Shown piece after piece: positions 34,597 through 48,374 of a stretch of DNA of 64,000 bases. Origin of the DNA: Malacoraja senta (Eukaryota); the NCBI GenBank assembly GCA_038087875.1, contig CM075978.1, forward strand, positions 108,066,001 to 108,130,000, in the 5' to 3' direction. Positions within the stretch are counted from its first letter, which is position 1. Each line of letters starts with the position of its first letter. The notes under the pieces are model-generated. The model saw only the letters and a program-made list of their open reading frames with translations. It was not told where the DNA came from and did no database searches. Both the position numbers and the translations under genes were made by a program.

Positions 34597-34944
34597 TTTA
34601 GTTTAGTTTAGTTTAGAGATACAGAGTGGAAGCAGTCTCTTCGGCCCACCGAGTCCGCACCGATCAGCGATCCTCAAGTCCGCACCGATCAGCGATCCCC
34701 GCACATTAACACTATCCTACACACACTAGGGACAATTTACACTTACACCAAGCCAATTATCCTACAAACCTGTACACCTTTGGAGTGTGGGAGGAAACTG
34801 AAGATCTCGAAGAAAGCCCACGCATTCACGGGGAGAACGTACGAACTTCATACAAACAGCACCCATTGTTGGGATCAAACCCGGGTCTCTGGCGCTGCAA
34901 GCGTTATAAGCCAGCATCTCTACCACTGTACCACCATGCCGCCC
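34597..34944 (-). mobile_element. HE1-like V-SINE with internal 22-bp duplication
   Basis: (TTTAG)n tail at 34597; AGTCCGCACCGATCAGCGATCC twice; tRNA-like head at the right end. Confidence 0.75.
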
Positions 34945-35323
34945 GTGACAATTTACGTGATGTATGAGCTCGATAACTGCAGGTGTTTCCAAAGACAAGG
35001 CGTGGTTTGCTGGGAGCTCCCTCATGCTTGCCGATGTGCACAGAAAGGCAGCTCTCGAAACTGACTCCGATGAAGCCAGCAATTGGACATGTTTCCAGAG
35101 AGCAGAATTGGAAATGGGACTGAAAAATGTTACAGCTCTTGCATTTGTTCAAGGCTAACGGGCTCCTAGGACTTTCCCATCTTATAGAATACATACAATA
35201 TAATCACAGCACAGACAGAGGGCATTCGACTCAGGGTACCCATGCTGTCCACATTATTGTAGTACCCTAGTTCCACTTTGTCGGGTTTTGTTGAGGAAAT
35301 TAATGTGATGAGGGTTTCTGCAT

Positions 35324-35523
35324 NNNNNNNNNNNNNNNNNNNNNNNNNNNNNNNNNNNNNNNNNNNNNNNNNNNNNNNNNNNNNNNNNNNNNNNNNNNNN
35401 NNNNNNNNNNNNNNNNNNNNNNNNNNNNNNNNNNNNNNNNNNNNNNNNNNNNNNNNNNNNNNNNNNNNNNNNNNNNNNNNNNNNNNNNNNNNNNNNNNNN
35501 NNNNNNNNNNNNNNNNNNNNNNN
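35324..35523. other. Assembly gap (exactly 200 N; probably a fixed-size scaffold join)
   Basis: N run of round length. Confidence 0.95.
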
Positions 35524-36678
35524 GTGGCCAATTAAATCGTTCTTGATAGCAGGGACGACACCTGAAAACTCTTGGCTCTCATGGCTGCTTGTGGCTTCGG
35601 CTGTGCGGTGGGAATGAAAGAACAGGAGCTGTAATTCAAGTGTTGGGAAGACGGAGAGTGTCGAGATTTCAAAATGGCTGCCGCATCAAGTGCTGCCAAC
35701 ATTCGAACTAGGCAATCGCTTTGACGGAAAACATCCAAAAACTGAATCAGCAGAAATCTATCCACTTAATGTGATGAAACTGTTTCGACAGTCTTGCTGG
35801 TGATCCAAACCGCTAACTTTGCACATAAAATTCTCACATTAGAAGCAGTACAATGAGGGAGCGGATTCCAGGATCAACATGTGGCCAAGATAATCACTGT
35901 TGAGGACTGGGGAGCGTAATAATGACGGAAAATCGTCGGCAAAAGCTTTTTCAGAAGCACGGCCCAGATGTGAATGCTGCTGTCTTGCCAACCACTGGAA
36001 ACCCAACACACACCATCCTTTCGACACCTCAGATCACTTATAAAATATTACTGCTGACATAGTGATATTGAATTGCAGCTGAACCCCCTCAGAGAGTTAG
36101 AGAAGCTACCACCTATCGCAGAATTTTGCTAAAACAATAATTTTTTTCGGACAATTTCCATTTCTTTCATTCTGTATTTCTGCTAAGTGTGTAAAGATGG
36201 GCTTCCTAATTTCATCCACGAACAGGTCAGTTCTAATGCTGTGCCCTTTGAACTGAGGTTGTCCACCAGGGAAAGTGCAGCCCCACAACTCCCTCAATAA
36301 ATCCTCAATTAAATGACTCGTTAATCTTCAATGCAGTACCTAGTCAGGATTGGGTTGCAAGATCAACCTCATGCTCACACAAGCAAAGCAGTGAAAATGC
36401 TGGTGACACTGTACCTGTGGCAAGAGGAACAGCACTCAAAATGCAAAAGTGGATCCCAAAGGGGATTCTATTCATTCCAACAGGAAAGGTACCTGATCCT
36501 CCCTTTATTGTGTTCAGTTCTCTCCCATAACATTTCTCAGTCCATGTACAAGTCACTGTTTATCCTTCAGTGGCTAGCTTTTATCCTGTTTATTACATTG
36601 TCTGGGCCTGTGTACCTTTGTTGGATCATCCGCATTTTCCTCTGCCTCGCCTGTTAATAATCATATCAACTTTTTTAG

Positions 36679-36870
36679 GCATAAAATGCTGGAGTAACTC
36701 AGTGATTAAGGCAGCATCTCTGGAGAAAAGGAATAGGTGACGTTTCGGGTTGAGACCCTTCTTCCCGAAGAGTTTCGACCCGAAACGTCACCTATTCCTT
36801 TTCTCCAGAGATGTTGCCTTACCCGCTGAGTTGCTCCGGTATAAAACCAGCAACTGCAATTCCTTCCTAT
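36679..36870. mobile_element. Inverted (palindromic) pair of Penelope pLTR-derived sequences
   Basis: Arms ...CTCTGGAGAAAAGGAATAGGTGACGTTTCGGGT / ACCCGAAACGTCACCTATTCCTTTTCTCCAGAG...; homologous to 62062-62155. Confidence 0.75.
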
Positions 36871-36957
36871 CCACACCAACTTTTTGTTCTCTGCTTGTTT
36901 CAAGATCACTTCCTTCCATCGGTGATCATCAGCCCTTCATCAGTGAATTCTCTCCTG

Positions 36958-38013
36958 CCTTCTCAGAATGGCAGGCAGTGACTAGTGGGGTACCGCAAGG
37001 CTCAGTGCTGGGACCCCAGCTATTTACAATATATATTAATGATTTGGACGAGGGAATTGAATGCAACATCTCCAGGTTTGCGGATGACACGAAGCTGGAG
37101 GGCAGTGTTAGCTGTGAGGAGGATGCTAGGAGGCTGCAAGGTGACTTGGATAGGCTGGGTGAGTGGGCAAATGCATGGCAGATGCAGTATAATGTGGATA
37201 TATGTGAGGTTATCCACTTTGGTGGCAAAAACAGGAAAGTAGACTATTATCTGAATGGTGGCCGATTAGGAAAAGGGGAGATGCAACGAGACCTGGGTGT
37301 CATGGTACACCAGTCATTGAAAGTAGGCATGCAGGTGCAGCAGGCAGTGAAGAAAGCGAATGGTATGTTAGCATTCATAGTAAAAGGATTTGAGTATAGG
37401 AGCAGGGAGGTTCTACTGCAGTTGTACAGGGTCTTGGTGAGACCACACCTGGAGTATTGCGTACAGTTTTGGTCTCCTAATCTGAGGAAAGACATTCTTG
37501 CCATAGAGGGAGTACAGAGAAGGTTCACCAGACTGATTCCTGGGATGTCAGGACTTTCATATGAAGAAAGACTGGATAGACTTGGCTTGTACTCGCTAGA
37601 ATTTAGAAGATTGAGGGGGAATCTTATACAAACTTAAAAAATTCTTAAGGGGTTGGACAGGCTAGATGCAGGAAGATTGTTCCCGATGTTGGGGAAGTCC
37701 AGAACAAGGGGTCACAGTTTAAGGATAAGGGGGAAATCTTTTAGGACCGAGATGAGAAAAACATTTTTCACACAGAGAGTGGTGAATCTCTGGAATTCTC
37801 TGCCACAGAAGGTAGTTTAGGCCAGTTCATTAGCTATATTTAAGAGGGAGTTAGATGTGGCCCTTGTGGCTAAAGGTATCAGGGGGTATGGAGAGAAGGC
37901 AGATACAGGATACTGAGTTGGATGATTAGCCATGATCATATTGTATGGCGGTGCAGGCTCGAAGGGCCGAATGGCCTACTCCTGCACCTATTTTCTATGT
38001 TTCTATGTTTCTA
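36958..38013 (+). mobile_element. Young 5'-truncated CR1 LINE (RT C-terminal half + 3'UTR)
   Basis: SGVPQGSVLGP, FADDTK, RDLGV, LVRPHLEYC; (TTTCTATG)n tail; premature stops. Confidence 0.92.
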
Positions 38014-39076
38014 CTGAACCACAGACCACTCTCCCTGTCGCCATCCAGCCCTCACCACAACGGCACGAGGCCCTTTATGGTGGTCCTGGCACTTTGAGGT
38101 TACTCCCCTGTTCTCTGTCTTCTTATTTTCACAATTCCAGTATTTATCCAATGTCCCATTTGAAGGTAAAGGAAGGAGGTGCAAGTCTCGAGAGAAGATG
38201 CAAAAGAGATTCACAAGAGTGGTTGCAGGGATAAGGGCCAGTTTCAGCTGTAGATAGACGAGGCAAGTTTTTTCCCCTTCCGTGGAGACATCCAACACCA
38301 GAGGGCATAAGTTGAAGAGTAAAAGGCTTAGATCTGAGGAAAACACAGTGGATACAAACTGGAAAGCACTGTCTGTGAAGGTAGAAAGAGTTACTCTCAC
38401 AAGTGTGTAAAATTTAACTGGATAAGCATTTGAATTGTGAAGGCATATAAGCTCATGGACTATTTACTAGTATATGGGATTAGATAGGATGGTACTTAAT
38501 GGTCGGCATGGACATGGTGGGCTAAAGGGCCAATTTCTGTGCTGTATAACACTACGACTCAAAGCTGGAGTTATTCTCCTCAGAAGAATGAATTTGGTGG
38601 ATAAGTACAAAAACATGACTGGTTTAAACTGAGTTGATAGAGGGAAGCTCTTCCCTTCTGTGGCAGTTAAAGCACCAGGAGCATAGATTTTGGCAAAATA
38701 TACAAGGATGATCTGAGAAAAAGCATTTTAATGCAGTTACTTGCAACCCACTGGCAGAAGAGGAAATGGAAACAGTGTCCTCTCAACGGAACAACCACAT
38801 GAGAGAGAACAATTCATGGGATTATGCGGAAAGATCAGGTGAAATGGGATTGATCTACTTGCAGACATCAAGAACTTAACCGAAACGTCACCTGTCCATG
38901 TTCTCCAGAGATGGCGCTTGATGTGTTGAGGTACTTCAGCACTGTGTCCTTTTACTGATTATGAGAGCACTGAGTTGACCTTATAAATCAGCTCACACAA
39001 CATAAAGTTTTATGCTTATGTTCTATATCTCTCTATATCATTGTATTCCCTCTCGTTTCCCTTTCCCACTGACTCT

Positions 39077-39171
39077 AGGTCTGAAGAAGGGTCTCGACCA
39101 GAAACGTTGCCTGTTCTTTTTCTCCAGAGAGGATGCTTGACCTGCGGCGTTACTCCAGCTTTTTGTGTCTA
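39077..39171 (+). ncRNA. Penelope-derived mini-element with minimal hammerhead ribozyme core
   Basis: AGGT-CTGAAGA-A-G-GGTC-TC-GACC-A-GAAAC-GTT-GCCT: CUGANGA/GAAA core, stem II, short stem I (AGGU/GCCU). Confidence 0.6.
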
Positions 39172-42100
39172 CAGTATCTACATGGTTTTATGTGATCGTG
39201 TGCTGAACATTGGTAATCTTACGGAGTTGTTGAAGATTACTGAAGGATTTAATGAGGAAGGTGAGACACCATTTCTCCTCATGAACATCCACAAAACAGA
39301 AGCCACAGCTTTCACATTAGAACCAGGCCAGAAAACAAATAACATTGTAGATGATGGAACCTGAAATTAAAACAGAAAATGCTGGAAGAACTCAGCCAGT
39401 CAAGCAGCATCTGCGGAAAGAGATACCAGTTAATGGTCCGGGTCAGTAACCCTTGCTAAGAACTGGGGGAATAATGAAAGTATCACAGTTTCCGAAACTG
39501 ACCTGGGGCCAGGAATAAGGTGTAAGACAAAAGACTAAATAGAGATTGGTTTGGAGCCAAGGCATTCAGAAGTAATCTCAGGAAGCCCTTCTTCACCCAG
39601 TAGCGGAAATATGAATTCTTGTTGCAAAATGTAATGCTGAGACTAAGGGGCCAAGTTAAAATGACAAACTTTAAGATGGGTTGATTTTGTGCCTACATGA
39701 AGGGTTACAATGATCAAGTTAAAATACAAACATCATGATCTAAGGAAACAATGGAATACGCTTGAATATTCTCCTCCTATTCATGTCCCTAAATGAACTT
39801 GAAAGAAAAATGATGTGTTATGCAGTGTACTGACTGCTGGAGTTCCCAATACAAACCTCCACTTGAATCTTTCAGCTGCAGGCCATTCCTAATATTCCTA
39901 TCAGAAGCATTCCTTCACTGGCTCGAAAACACTTAAGTTGTAGACGATTCTCCTAAATTACCGTCTCTTATAATTTGTTAGGGATGAGACAGCTTGTTGC
40001 TTCTTAATAGACCATGATCCTCATATCTGATTATACAGTGAACTTAACAGGCTAAATGGAATAAACATGCAGTCAAAGTTGGTGCATTATCATCCATGAG
40101 CGATTTCCACCAATTTCATGTGAACAGACAGCTTGGCAAACCTGTAGAACTAGACAAATGATCAGGCTGCGACTGTGAATGTAAACCTCACTGGTGCTCC
40201 TCAATAACTGTTGTAAGGCAGCAAATCACTCGGTTTATCAACAGTAAAAAATAATTTGACAAAGGGAAAAACCGTGCATAAACAAAACCATGACATGCCA
40301 ATCATCATGAATGCATTTTTCATTGCTTATGCTTGTGTTTCATAGTTATATCCTGTAAAAATTATAATAACAGTATCCCGTATTTAAAGTATATTCCAAT
40401 CTAGCAAGTTTCCTCAACAACACCTTCTAAATCTGTGACCTCTACTATCGAGAAAGGCATGGGAGCAACCCACGGGAATACAACCATCTACAGGGTCCTG
40501 TCCAAGTCACACACCATACTGACTTGGAAATGTGTCGCGGGTCCTTTAGTGCAACTGTGTGTAAATCTTGGAACACCTTTCCCATCAGCACCGTGGGAGG
40601 ACCACAGCAGTTCATGAAGGCAGCCCACCACCATCTTCTCAAGGGCAGTTAAGGATTGCCAGTTAATGCTGGCCCTGGCAGCAATATGCACATGTGTGAA
40701 CAAGTAAACCAATATAACTGGGAAGCAAAGTAAAATCTTTCAGATGCTGGAAATCTGAAGTAAAAACAGACAATGTAGGGATGCTCAGGTAGTATTTGTG
40801 GGACAAGAAAACAAGTTAATATTTCACAGGTGAATTAACTTTTAATAAAATGTTTCATCAGATCCTCTTTGATGCTTTGTTCATTAAATCCACCTCTGCA
40901 TTGAGTTCTGATGAAATGCCATCAATTTGAAACTTTAACTCTAGTTCCCAGATGCTCCACAGATGCTTCCTGACCTGCTGCATATCTTCGGCACTTTTTG
41001 ATTTTATTCCAGACTCTGGGGGATGTTCCTGTCCACGTAATACTCTGGGGAATAGCTTACGCCTCAATGGCAGTCTAGAGTCATACAGCATGGAAACATC
41101 TTCAGCCTAACTCACCCTTGCAGACAAAGGTGCCCTATTGTATTGGATGATGAAATCATAACGATGCTCCAGGAAATAATAATACTTGATAATGTTGCTG
41201 GGACTTGATCTGGGCTTTAATAACTTGAAAGCAAAGCAGGGAATATTGGTCTGAAATCATAATATTCCATGTACATGATGACAACACAATGATCATCTGC
41301 ATTTTAATATTAACATGATGGGAAGTTGTTAATACAGATGCTACACCTCATTATGTCCTATTTCCAACAGTAATTGCTGTTATCCAATGAAAATAATATT
41401 CATTGCAAAGTTGACAGAACAGTGTCTTCAAAAGTCCATGACAGTCAGACACAGTTGTGCTTTCTTATTAACATGCACCTTGTTCCCATTTCATTTGTTA
41501 AATCCGTCCCTGTTTCCACCCCTCATCTGATGCACTTTGTGGAATGTTGCACATGTTGTTCTCTGACCTACAAGACCCATGGATTTTCCTAAAGTATTTA
41601 TTCTGCTGAGTTAGACACAAAATGCTGGAGTAAATCAGTGGGTCAGGCAGCATCTCTGGAGAAAAGGAATAGGTTTCGGGTCAGAACCCTTCTTCAGACT
41701 CTGCTGGGATGCTGGCTTTAAATAGGTTCTGTTTAATAATTCCATTGCCGGAATGGAATGATTGCAATTGAAAACTGGAGACCCCTGCCGTGAGACAATA
41801 TATAAAGAGTTTATTTTTTCTCAGTCTCGAAGTTCAGTGCCAGATGTAGATCCCCCATTTCCAGACGCTGCAATGGGAGATCAAATATCAGCAAATAGCT
41901 TCTGTGCGCGTGACGATGAACAGTGAAGCAGAAAGATCAACTTCATATAAAGTGATACTCCAGGAAATTCGATAATGATGCAAAGATACTAAGGGAACTG
42001 AAACTATTAAATGATACTGGGGCAATTAGTATTAACACAATGACACAGGGCCATATTATATTTGCGTAATGACACTGGGGGAATTGGTATTAACATAAAT

Positions 42101-43604
42101 ATACTGGGGCAATTGATACTAATACAGTGATAATGGGAAATCGATACTAACACAATGACTGCTGGTAACTTTTCCATAATCTATTCTGCCTATGCATTCC
42201 TCAGAAAACGCTTAATAAATCTATGAAGTAATTTCCATTTTATGAATTCATGCAGAAAAGCAAACATATTGATGGTTCCTAAGTGCCTTTTATCACTTCC
42301 ATAACAACAGATCCCCACTGCCCACCTGCCCTGCTGCACCACACCACCCACTGACAATAAACGTTCACCGCAAAGCACTGGAAGCCTTGGACCACCTTCC
42401 AGTCTCTGGATGCAGCTGGACATAGATCAGCTGGAGTTGGGCGGAGTGGTGGCGGATAGAATTTAATCCAGATAAGTATGAGGTAATGCTCTTTGGGAGG
42501 TCAGATTCTGGTAGTACATACAAAATAAATGGCAGGAACCTGAAAAGCGTTGATATAGAGACAGCATACATGGGCTGATCAAGCTCCCCATGTTAATAAT
42601 ATTAGCTGTTACATGCACTTTACATTCCATTCCTTTTCGGAGGCCCATTGACAACTCCCCCCAATGTGTTCAGTCCCCTTGTTATTTCCAAGTTCCACCC
42701 AGACTGATTCTAGTCCTGATTACAGATATTTTTATCTCGTTCTTTATTATCAGGGCTGTCCCTCACCCTTTTTTATTCTCTGCAAATTTTCATCAATAAT
42801 TTAGAAATTAATTCCCAGTCCTCATCATCGATTCAACCACATTTCTGTCATTAGATTGTATTGATTTATTTTGTGCCGTTAATTTATCTTTATTGTATCA
42901 TGCATTCAGATAGCGCCTGTAATGTTGCCTTTTTCAGTTGCATTCTGCTCTGAATCTACTTGGAAGTAAATTCTTATGTTTTACATTTATTCCCTTCCTG
43001 ACAAAACTTTGATTACCATTATCATTTTAATTAAAGCATACTCACATCTTGTACTTTAGCTTTAACTTTTCAAATGTTTTCCCATTAAACTCACTTATTC
43101 CACTCCCTGTCCCCCACCTCTGAAATAGTTCAAATCTTTATCTACGGAGCTAGTTGTGTGATCCATTAGGATATTGGTTCGTCCCCAATTTCAATGAAGT
43201 CTATTCAATGATACACAAAAATGCTGGAGAAACTCAGCGGGTGCAGCAGCATCTATGGTGCACCCGCTGAGTTTCTCCAGCATTTTTGTGTACCTTCGAT
43301 TTTCCAGTATCTGCAGTTCCTTCTTAAACTCTATTCAACTCTATTAAGCTCTTTCCCTGATGTTGTGAGAATTAGTAATAATGCAATGATAATTGCTTAG
43401 AATTTAAGGTACATATTCCAAGGAATGAATAACAACTTATTTTGGGGAGAAATTACAATAACAGGGTGATATTGCGAGGTTGCCAGATTCACAATGCCAT
43501 TTCTTTAAAATGATGAGAGCAAAATAATAACCAGAGGAACCGATGATAGCCCAATTATATTGGGTGGTAATAGAATAAAAATACTGATGGAAATTGCTGA
43601 TAGA

Positions 43605-43876
43605 GGTGCACACTGGTAGAGCCGCTGCCTCAGTGCCAGAGACCCAGGTTCGATCCTAACCTCGGGTACCGTGTGTATCGAGTTTGCACGTTCTCCCTGC
43701 GATCGTGTGGGTTTCCTCCGGTGCCCTGGTTTCCTCCCACATCCCCAAAAAACATGCCTTAGTGTGTAGGGAGTAGGTGAGAATGTGGAATAACATGGAA
43801 CTAATGTGAACGGGTGATCAATGATCGCCGTGATTCTAGGAGCAATGATAGACTGTATCTTTAAACTAAACTAAAC
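43605..43876 (+). mobile_element. HE1-like V-SINE
   Basis: CTGGTAGAGC A-box, GGTTCGATCC B-box, V domain, (TAAAC)n tail. Confidence 0.75.
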
Positions 43877-43928
43877 ATAATGAGGCTCTATGAAACTGAT
43901 GCTCCTAGAAATTACCATTGACAGAATG

Positions 43929-45084
43929 GCACTGGTTCATCTACTACCTCAAAGGTATGAGTTTCTCGACTAACATAGGCAACTCTTTCTCCTCCCCAGC
44001 TAATCTCTGCTGTGGGGTTCCACAAGGTTCCATCCTTGGCCCCATTCTCTTCTCCCTGTATATGCTCCCCTTAGGCCAAGTCATTGAAAGGCACGGCATT
44101 TCCTTCCATTGCTATGCAGACGATACACAACTCTATCTCCCCCTGAAGCCCAAAAAACAATCAAATCTGCTTAACCTTACCCACTGCCTCGAGGATATAA
44201 AGTGTTGGATGGCCCAGAACTTCCTCCAACTAAACGAGAGTAAGTCTGAGGTCATCCTTCTCGGCCCCTCGGACTCAATCAAAATGATAGCAGGCAGCCT
44301 TGGAAGCCTTACCCCACTACTCAAACCTCACGTCAAAAACCTTGGTGTGATATTTGACTCAGCACTGAAATTTGACAAACAAGTCAATGCTGTGGTAAAA
44401 GCCAGCTTCTTTCAGCTTCGGACGATAGCTAAAATAAAACAATTCCTCCACTTTGATGACCTCGAAAAGATCATCCACACATTTATCTCCTCCCGCCTAG
44501 ATTACTGCAACTCCCTTTACACTGGCATCAGCCAATCTTCCCTGTCCCGCCTGCAACTGGTCCAAAACACCGCAGCTAGACTCCTGACGGGCACCCGAAA
44601 AAGGGACCACATCACCCCGATCCTGGCCTCTCTCCACTGGCTCCCTGAGCGGTTCCGTATACATTTCAAGATCCTCCTCTATGTCTACAAAGCCCTCAAT
44701 GGGCTTGCCCCCACCTACATTAAAAGTCTTCTTACCCACCACTCCACCTCCAGGTCCCTCAGATCGGCCGACTTGGGGTTGCTGAATATCCCACGGTCTA
44801 GGCATAAGCTCAGGGGCGACCGCGCCTTTGCGGTTGCAGCTCCTAGACTGTGGGACAGCATCCCCCTTCCCATCAGAACTGCCCCCTCCATCGACTCCTT
44901 TAAGTCAAGACTAAAAACTTATCTATACTCCCAATCCTTTCTTGACGTCCTCTGAGCGAGGGCTATATGTATATATGTATGTAGTTTGTTTGTTTATACT
45001 ATTCTTATAACAAATGTAAAGCACTTTGGCCAACGAGAGTTGTTTTTTAAATGTGCTATATAAATAAATGTGACTTGACTTGAC
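43929..45084 (+). mobile_element. Young 5'-truncated L2 LINE with 11-bp TSD
   Basis: Uninterrupted RT C-terminal ORF to 44955 (GVPQGSILGP, YADDTQLY, KNLGV, SRLDYCN, LHWLP); (GACTT)n tail; TSD TTGACAGAATG at 43918-43928 and 45085-45095. Confidence 0.92.
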
Positions 45085-45480
45085 TTGACAGAATGATACA
45101 GGGAATTTAGAATGATACTCAGGGAACTAAAAAGAATAAAATTATGCTGGTGAAGGTGGGTTGGGGGATAAAATAACACAACCATGCTGGGGAGAATTAT
45201 TAATAACAGAACAATACTTGGATTAATTCATACCCACACAATTATACTCTAGGAATTGATAATAATTCAAATCACCTTTGAGGAACAGATATTGCTACAA
45301 ATAAATTTTGGAAAGTACACAAAAATAAAATGATACCAGGAGCAAAACTAGATTACAATGATATTCTAGGTAAGTGAGAACAAAGCATGAATTTTCATAC
45401 CCGCAAAACTCAGGAATTAGCAAGAACAAAATAAAGAGACAAATGTAACACGATGAAAATGGAGGTAAAAAAACACGTTG

Positions 45481-47997
45481 ATAGAAACATAGAAACATAG
45501 AAAATAGGTGCAGGAGTAGGCCATTCGGCCCTTCGAACCTGCACCGCCATTCAATATGATCATGGCTGATCATCCAACTCAGTATCCTGTACCTGCTTTC
45601 TCTCCATACCCCCTGATCCCTTTAGCCACAAGGGCCACATCTAACTCCCTCTTAAATATAGCCAATGAACTGGCCTCAACTACCTTCTGTGGCAGAGAAT
45701 TCCACAGATTCACCACTCTGTGTGTGAAAAATGTGTTCCTCATCTCGGTCCTAAAAGATTTCCCCCTTATCCTTAAACTGTGACCCCTTGTTCTGGACTT
45801 CCCCAACATCGGGAACAATCTTCCTGCATCTAGCCTGTCCAACCCCTTAATAATTTTGTACGTTTCTTTAAGATCCCCCCTCAATCTTCTAAATTCTAGC
45901 GAGTACAAACCGAGTCTATCCAGTCTTTCTTCATATGAAAGTCCTGACATCCCAGGAATCAGTCTGGTGAACCTTCTCTGTACTCCCTCTATGGCAAGAA
46001 TGTCTTTCCTCAGATTAGGAGACCAAAACTGTACGCAATACTCCAGGTGTGGTCTCACCAAGACCCTGTACAACTGCAGTAGAACCTCCCTGCTCCTATA
46101 CTCAAATCCTTTTGCTATGAATGCTAACATACCATTCGCATTCATCACTGTCTGCTGCACCTGCATGCCTACTTTCAATGTCTGGAGAAGGGTTTCGGCC
46201 CGAAACGTTACCTATTTCCTTCGCTCCATAGATGCTGCTGCACCCGCTGAGTTTCTCCAGCATTTTTGTGTACCTGCCTACTTTCAATGACTGGTGTACC
46301 ATGACACCCAGGTCTCGTCGCATCTCCCCTTTTCCTAATCGGCCACCATTCAGGTAATAGGCTACTTTCCTGTTTTTGCCACCAAAGTGGATAACCTCAT
46401 ATTTATCCACATTATACTGCATCTGCCATGCATTTGCCAACTCACCCAGCCTATCCAAGTCATCTTGCAGCCTCCTAGCATGCTCCTCACAGCTAACACT
46501 GCCCCCCAGCTTTGTGTCATCCGCAAACTTGGAGATGTTGCATTCAATTCCCTCGTCCAAATAATTAATATATATTGTAAATAGCTGGGGTCCCAGCACT
46601 GAGCTTTGCGGTACCCCACTAGTCACTGCCTGCCATTCTGAAAAGGACCCGTTAACTCCTACTCTTTGCTTCCTGTCTGCCAGCCAGTTCTCTATCCACA
46701 TCAATACTGAACCCCCAATACCGTGTGCTTTAAGTTTGTATACTAATCTCTTATGTGGGACCTTGTCGAAAGCCTTCTGAAAGTCCAGATATAACGCATC
46801 CACTGGTTCTCCCTTATCCACTCTACTAGTTACATCCTCGAAAAATTCTATAAGATTCTTCAGACATGATTTACCTTTCATAAATCCATGCTGACTTTGT
46901 CCAATAATTTCACCACTTTCCAAATGTGCTGCTATCCCATTTTTAATAACTGACTAGCAATTTCCCCACTACCGATGTTAGACTAACTGGTCTGTAATTC
47001 CCCGTTTTCTCTCTCCCTCCCTTTTTAAAAAGTGGGGTTACATTAGCTACCCTCCAATCCTCAGGAACTACTCCAGAATCTAAAGAGTTTTGAAAAATTA
47101 TCACTAATGCATCCACTATTTCTGGGGCTACTTCCTTAAGTGGGATGCAGCCTATCTGGCCCTGGGGATATATCGGCCTTTAATCCATTCAATTTACCTA
47201 ACACCACTTCCCGGCTAACCTGGATTTCACTCAGTTCCTCCATCTCATTTGACCCCCGGTCCCCTGCTATTTCTGGCAGATTAATTAAGTCTTCCTTAGT
47301 GAAGACAGAACCAAAGTAGTTATTCAATTGGTCTGCCATGTCCTTGTTCCCCATGATCAATTCACCTGTTTCTGACTGCAAGGGACCTACATTTGTTTTA
47401 ACTAATCTTTTTCTCTTCACATATCTATAAAAACTTTTGCAGTCAGTTTTTATGTTCCCTGACAGTTTTCTTTCATAATCTATTTTCCCTTTCCTAATTA
47501 AGCCCTTTGTCCTCCTCTGCTGGACTCTGAATTTCTCCCAGTCCTCTGGTGGGCTGCTTTTTCGGGCTAATTTGTATGCTTCATCTTTTGTTTTGATACT
47601 ATCCCTGATTTCCCTTGTTATACATGGATGCACTACCTTCCCTGATTTATTCTTTTGCCAAACTGGGATGAACAATTGTTGTAGTTCATCCATGCAGCCT
47701 TTAAATGCCTTCCATTGCATATCCACCGTCAACCATTTAAGAATCAATTGCCAGTCTATCTTGGCCAATTCACGTCTCATACCCTCAAAGTTACCTTTCT
47801 TTAAGTTCAGAACCCTTGTTTCTGAATTAATTATGTCACTCTCCATCCTAATGAAGAACTTAACCATATTATGGTCACTCTTGCCCAAGGGGCCACGCAC
47901 AACAAGGCTGCTAACTAACCCTTCCTCATTACTCAATACCCAGTCTAGAATAGCCTGCTCTCTCGTTGGTTCCTCTACATGTTGGTTTAGAAAACTA
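45481..47997 (-). mobile_element. Young 5'-truncated CR1 LINE (2.5 kb), same family as 36958-38013
   Basis: LGKSDHN, YLDFQKAFDKVPH, FADDTK; (TTTCTATG)n tail at 45481; interrupted at 46181-46274. Confidence 0.93.
46181..46274 (+). mobile_element. 94-bp Penelope pLTR/hammerhead mini-insertion with 15-bp TSD
   Basis: TSD TGCCTACTTTCAATG at 46166-46180 and 46275-46289; insert nearly matches 62062-62155. Confidence 0.9.
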
Positions 47998-48079
47998 GAT
48001 AGGGGAGTAATTGATACGAAAACAATAATATTGGCGGAAATGTCAATCACAATGTAGCACTGATGATAATTCATAATTC

Positions 48080-48374
48080 AGTGGCACAGCTGGTAGAGCT
48101 GCTGTATCAAAGCACCATAGTCCCAAGTTTGACCTCGGGTGATGTCTGTGTGGAGTTTGCATGGGTGACAGCATGGATTTCTCCGGGTGTTCTGGTTTCC
48201 TCCCACATCCCAAAGAAGTGGAGGTTCATAGGTGAATTGGCCTCTATAAATTGCCACTGGTGTGTAGACAGTGAATGAGAAAGTGGGATAACATAGAACT
48301 GGTGTGAACAGGTTGACATGGACTTGGTGGGAAGAAGGACCTGTTTCCATGCTGTATTTCTAAACTAAACTAAA
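48080..48374 (+). mobile_element. HE1-like V-SINE
   Basis: GTGGCACAGCTGGTAGAGC head, V domain, (TAAAC)n tail. Confidence 0.75.

Noticed and set aside
16576-35535. ORFs containing long X runs
   Set aside because: Artefacts of translating through the three N gaps.
43605-48374. A/B-box sequences as tRNA genes
   Set aside because: They are SINE heads followed by V-domain and LINE-derived tails, not complete cloverleafs.
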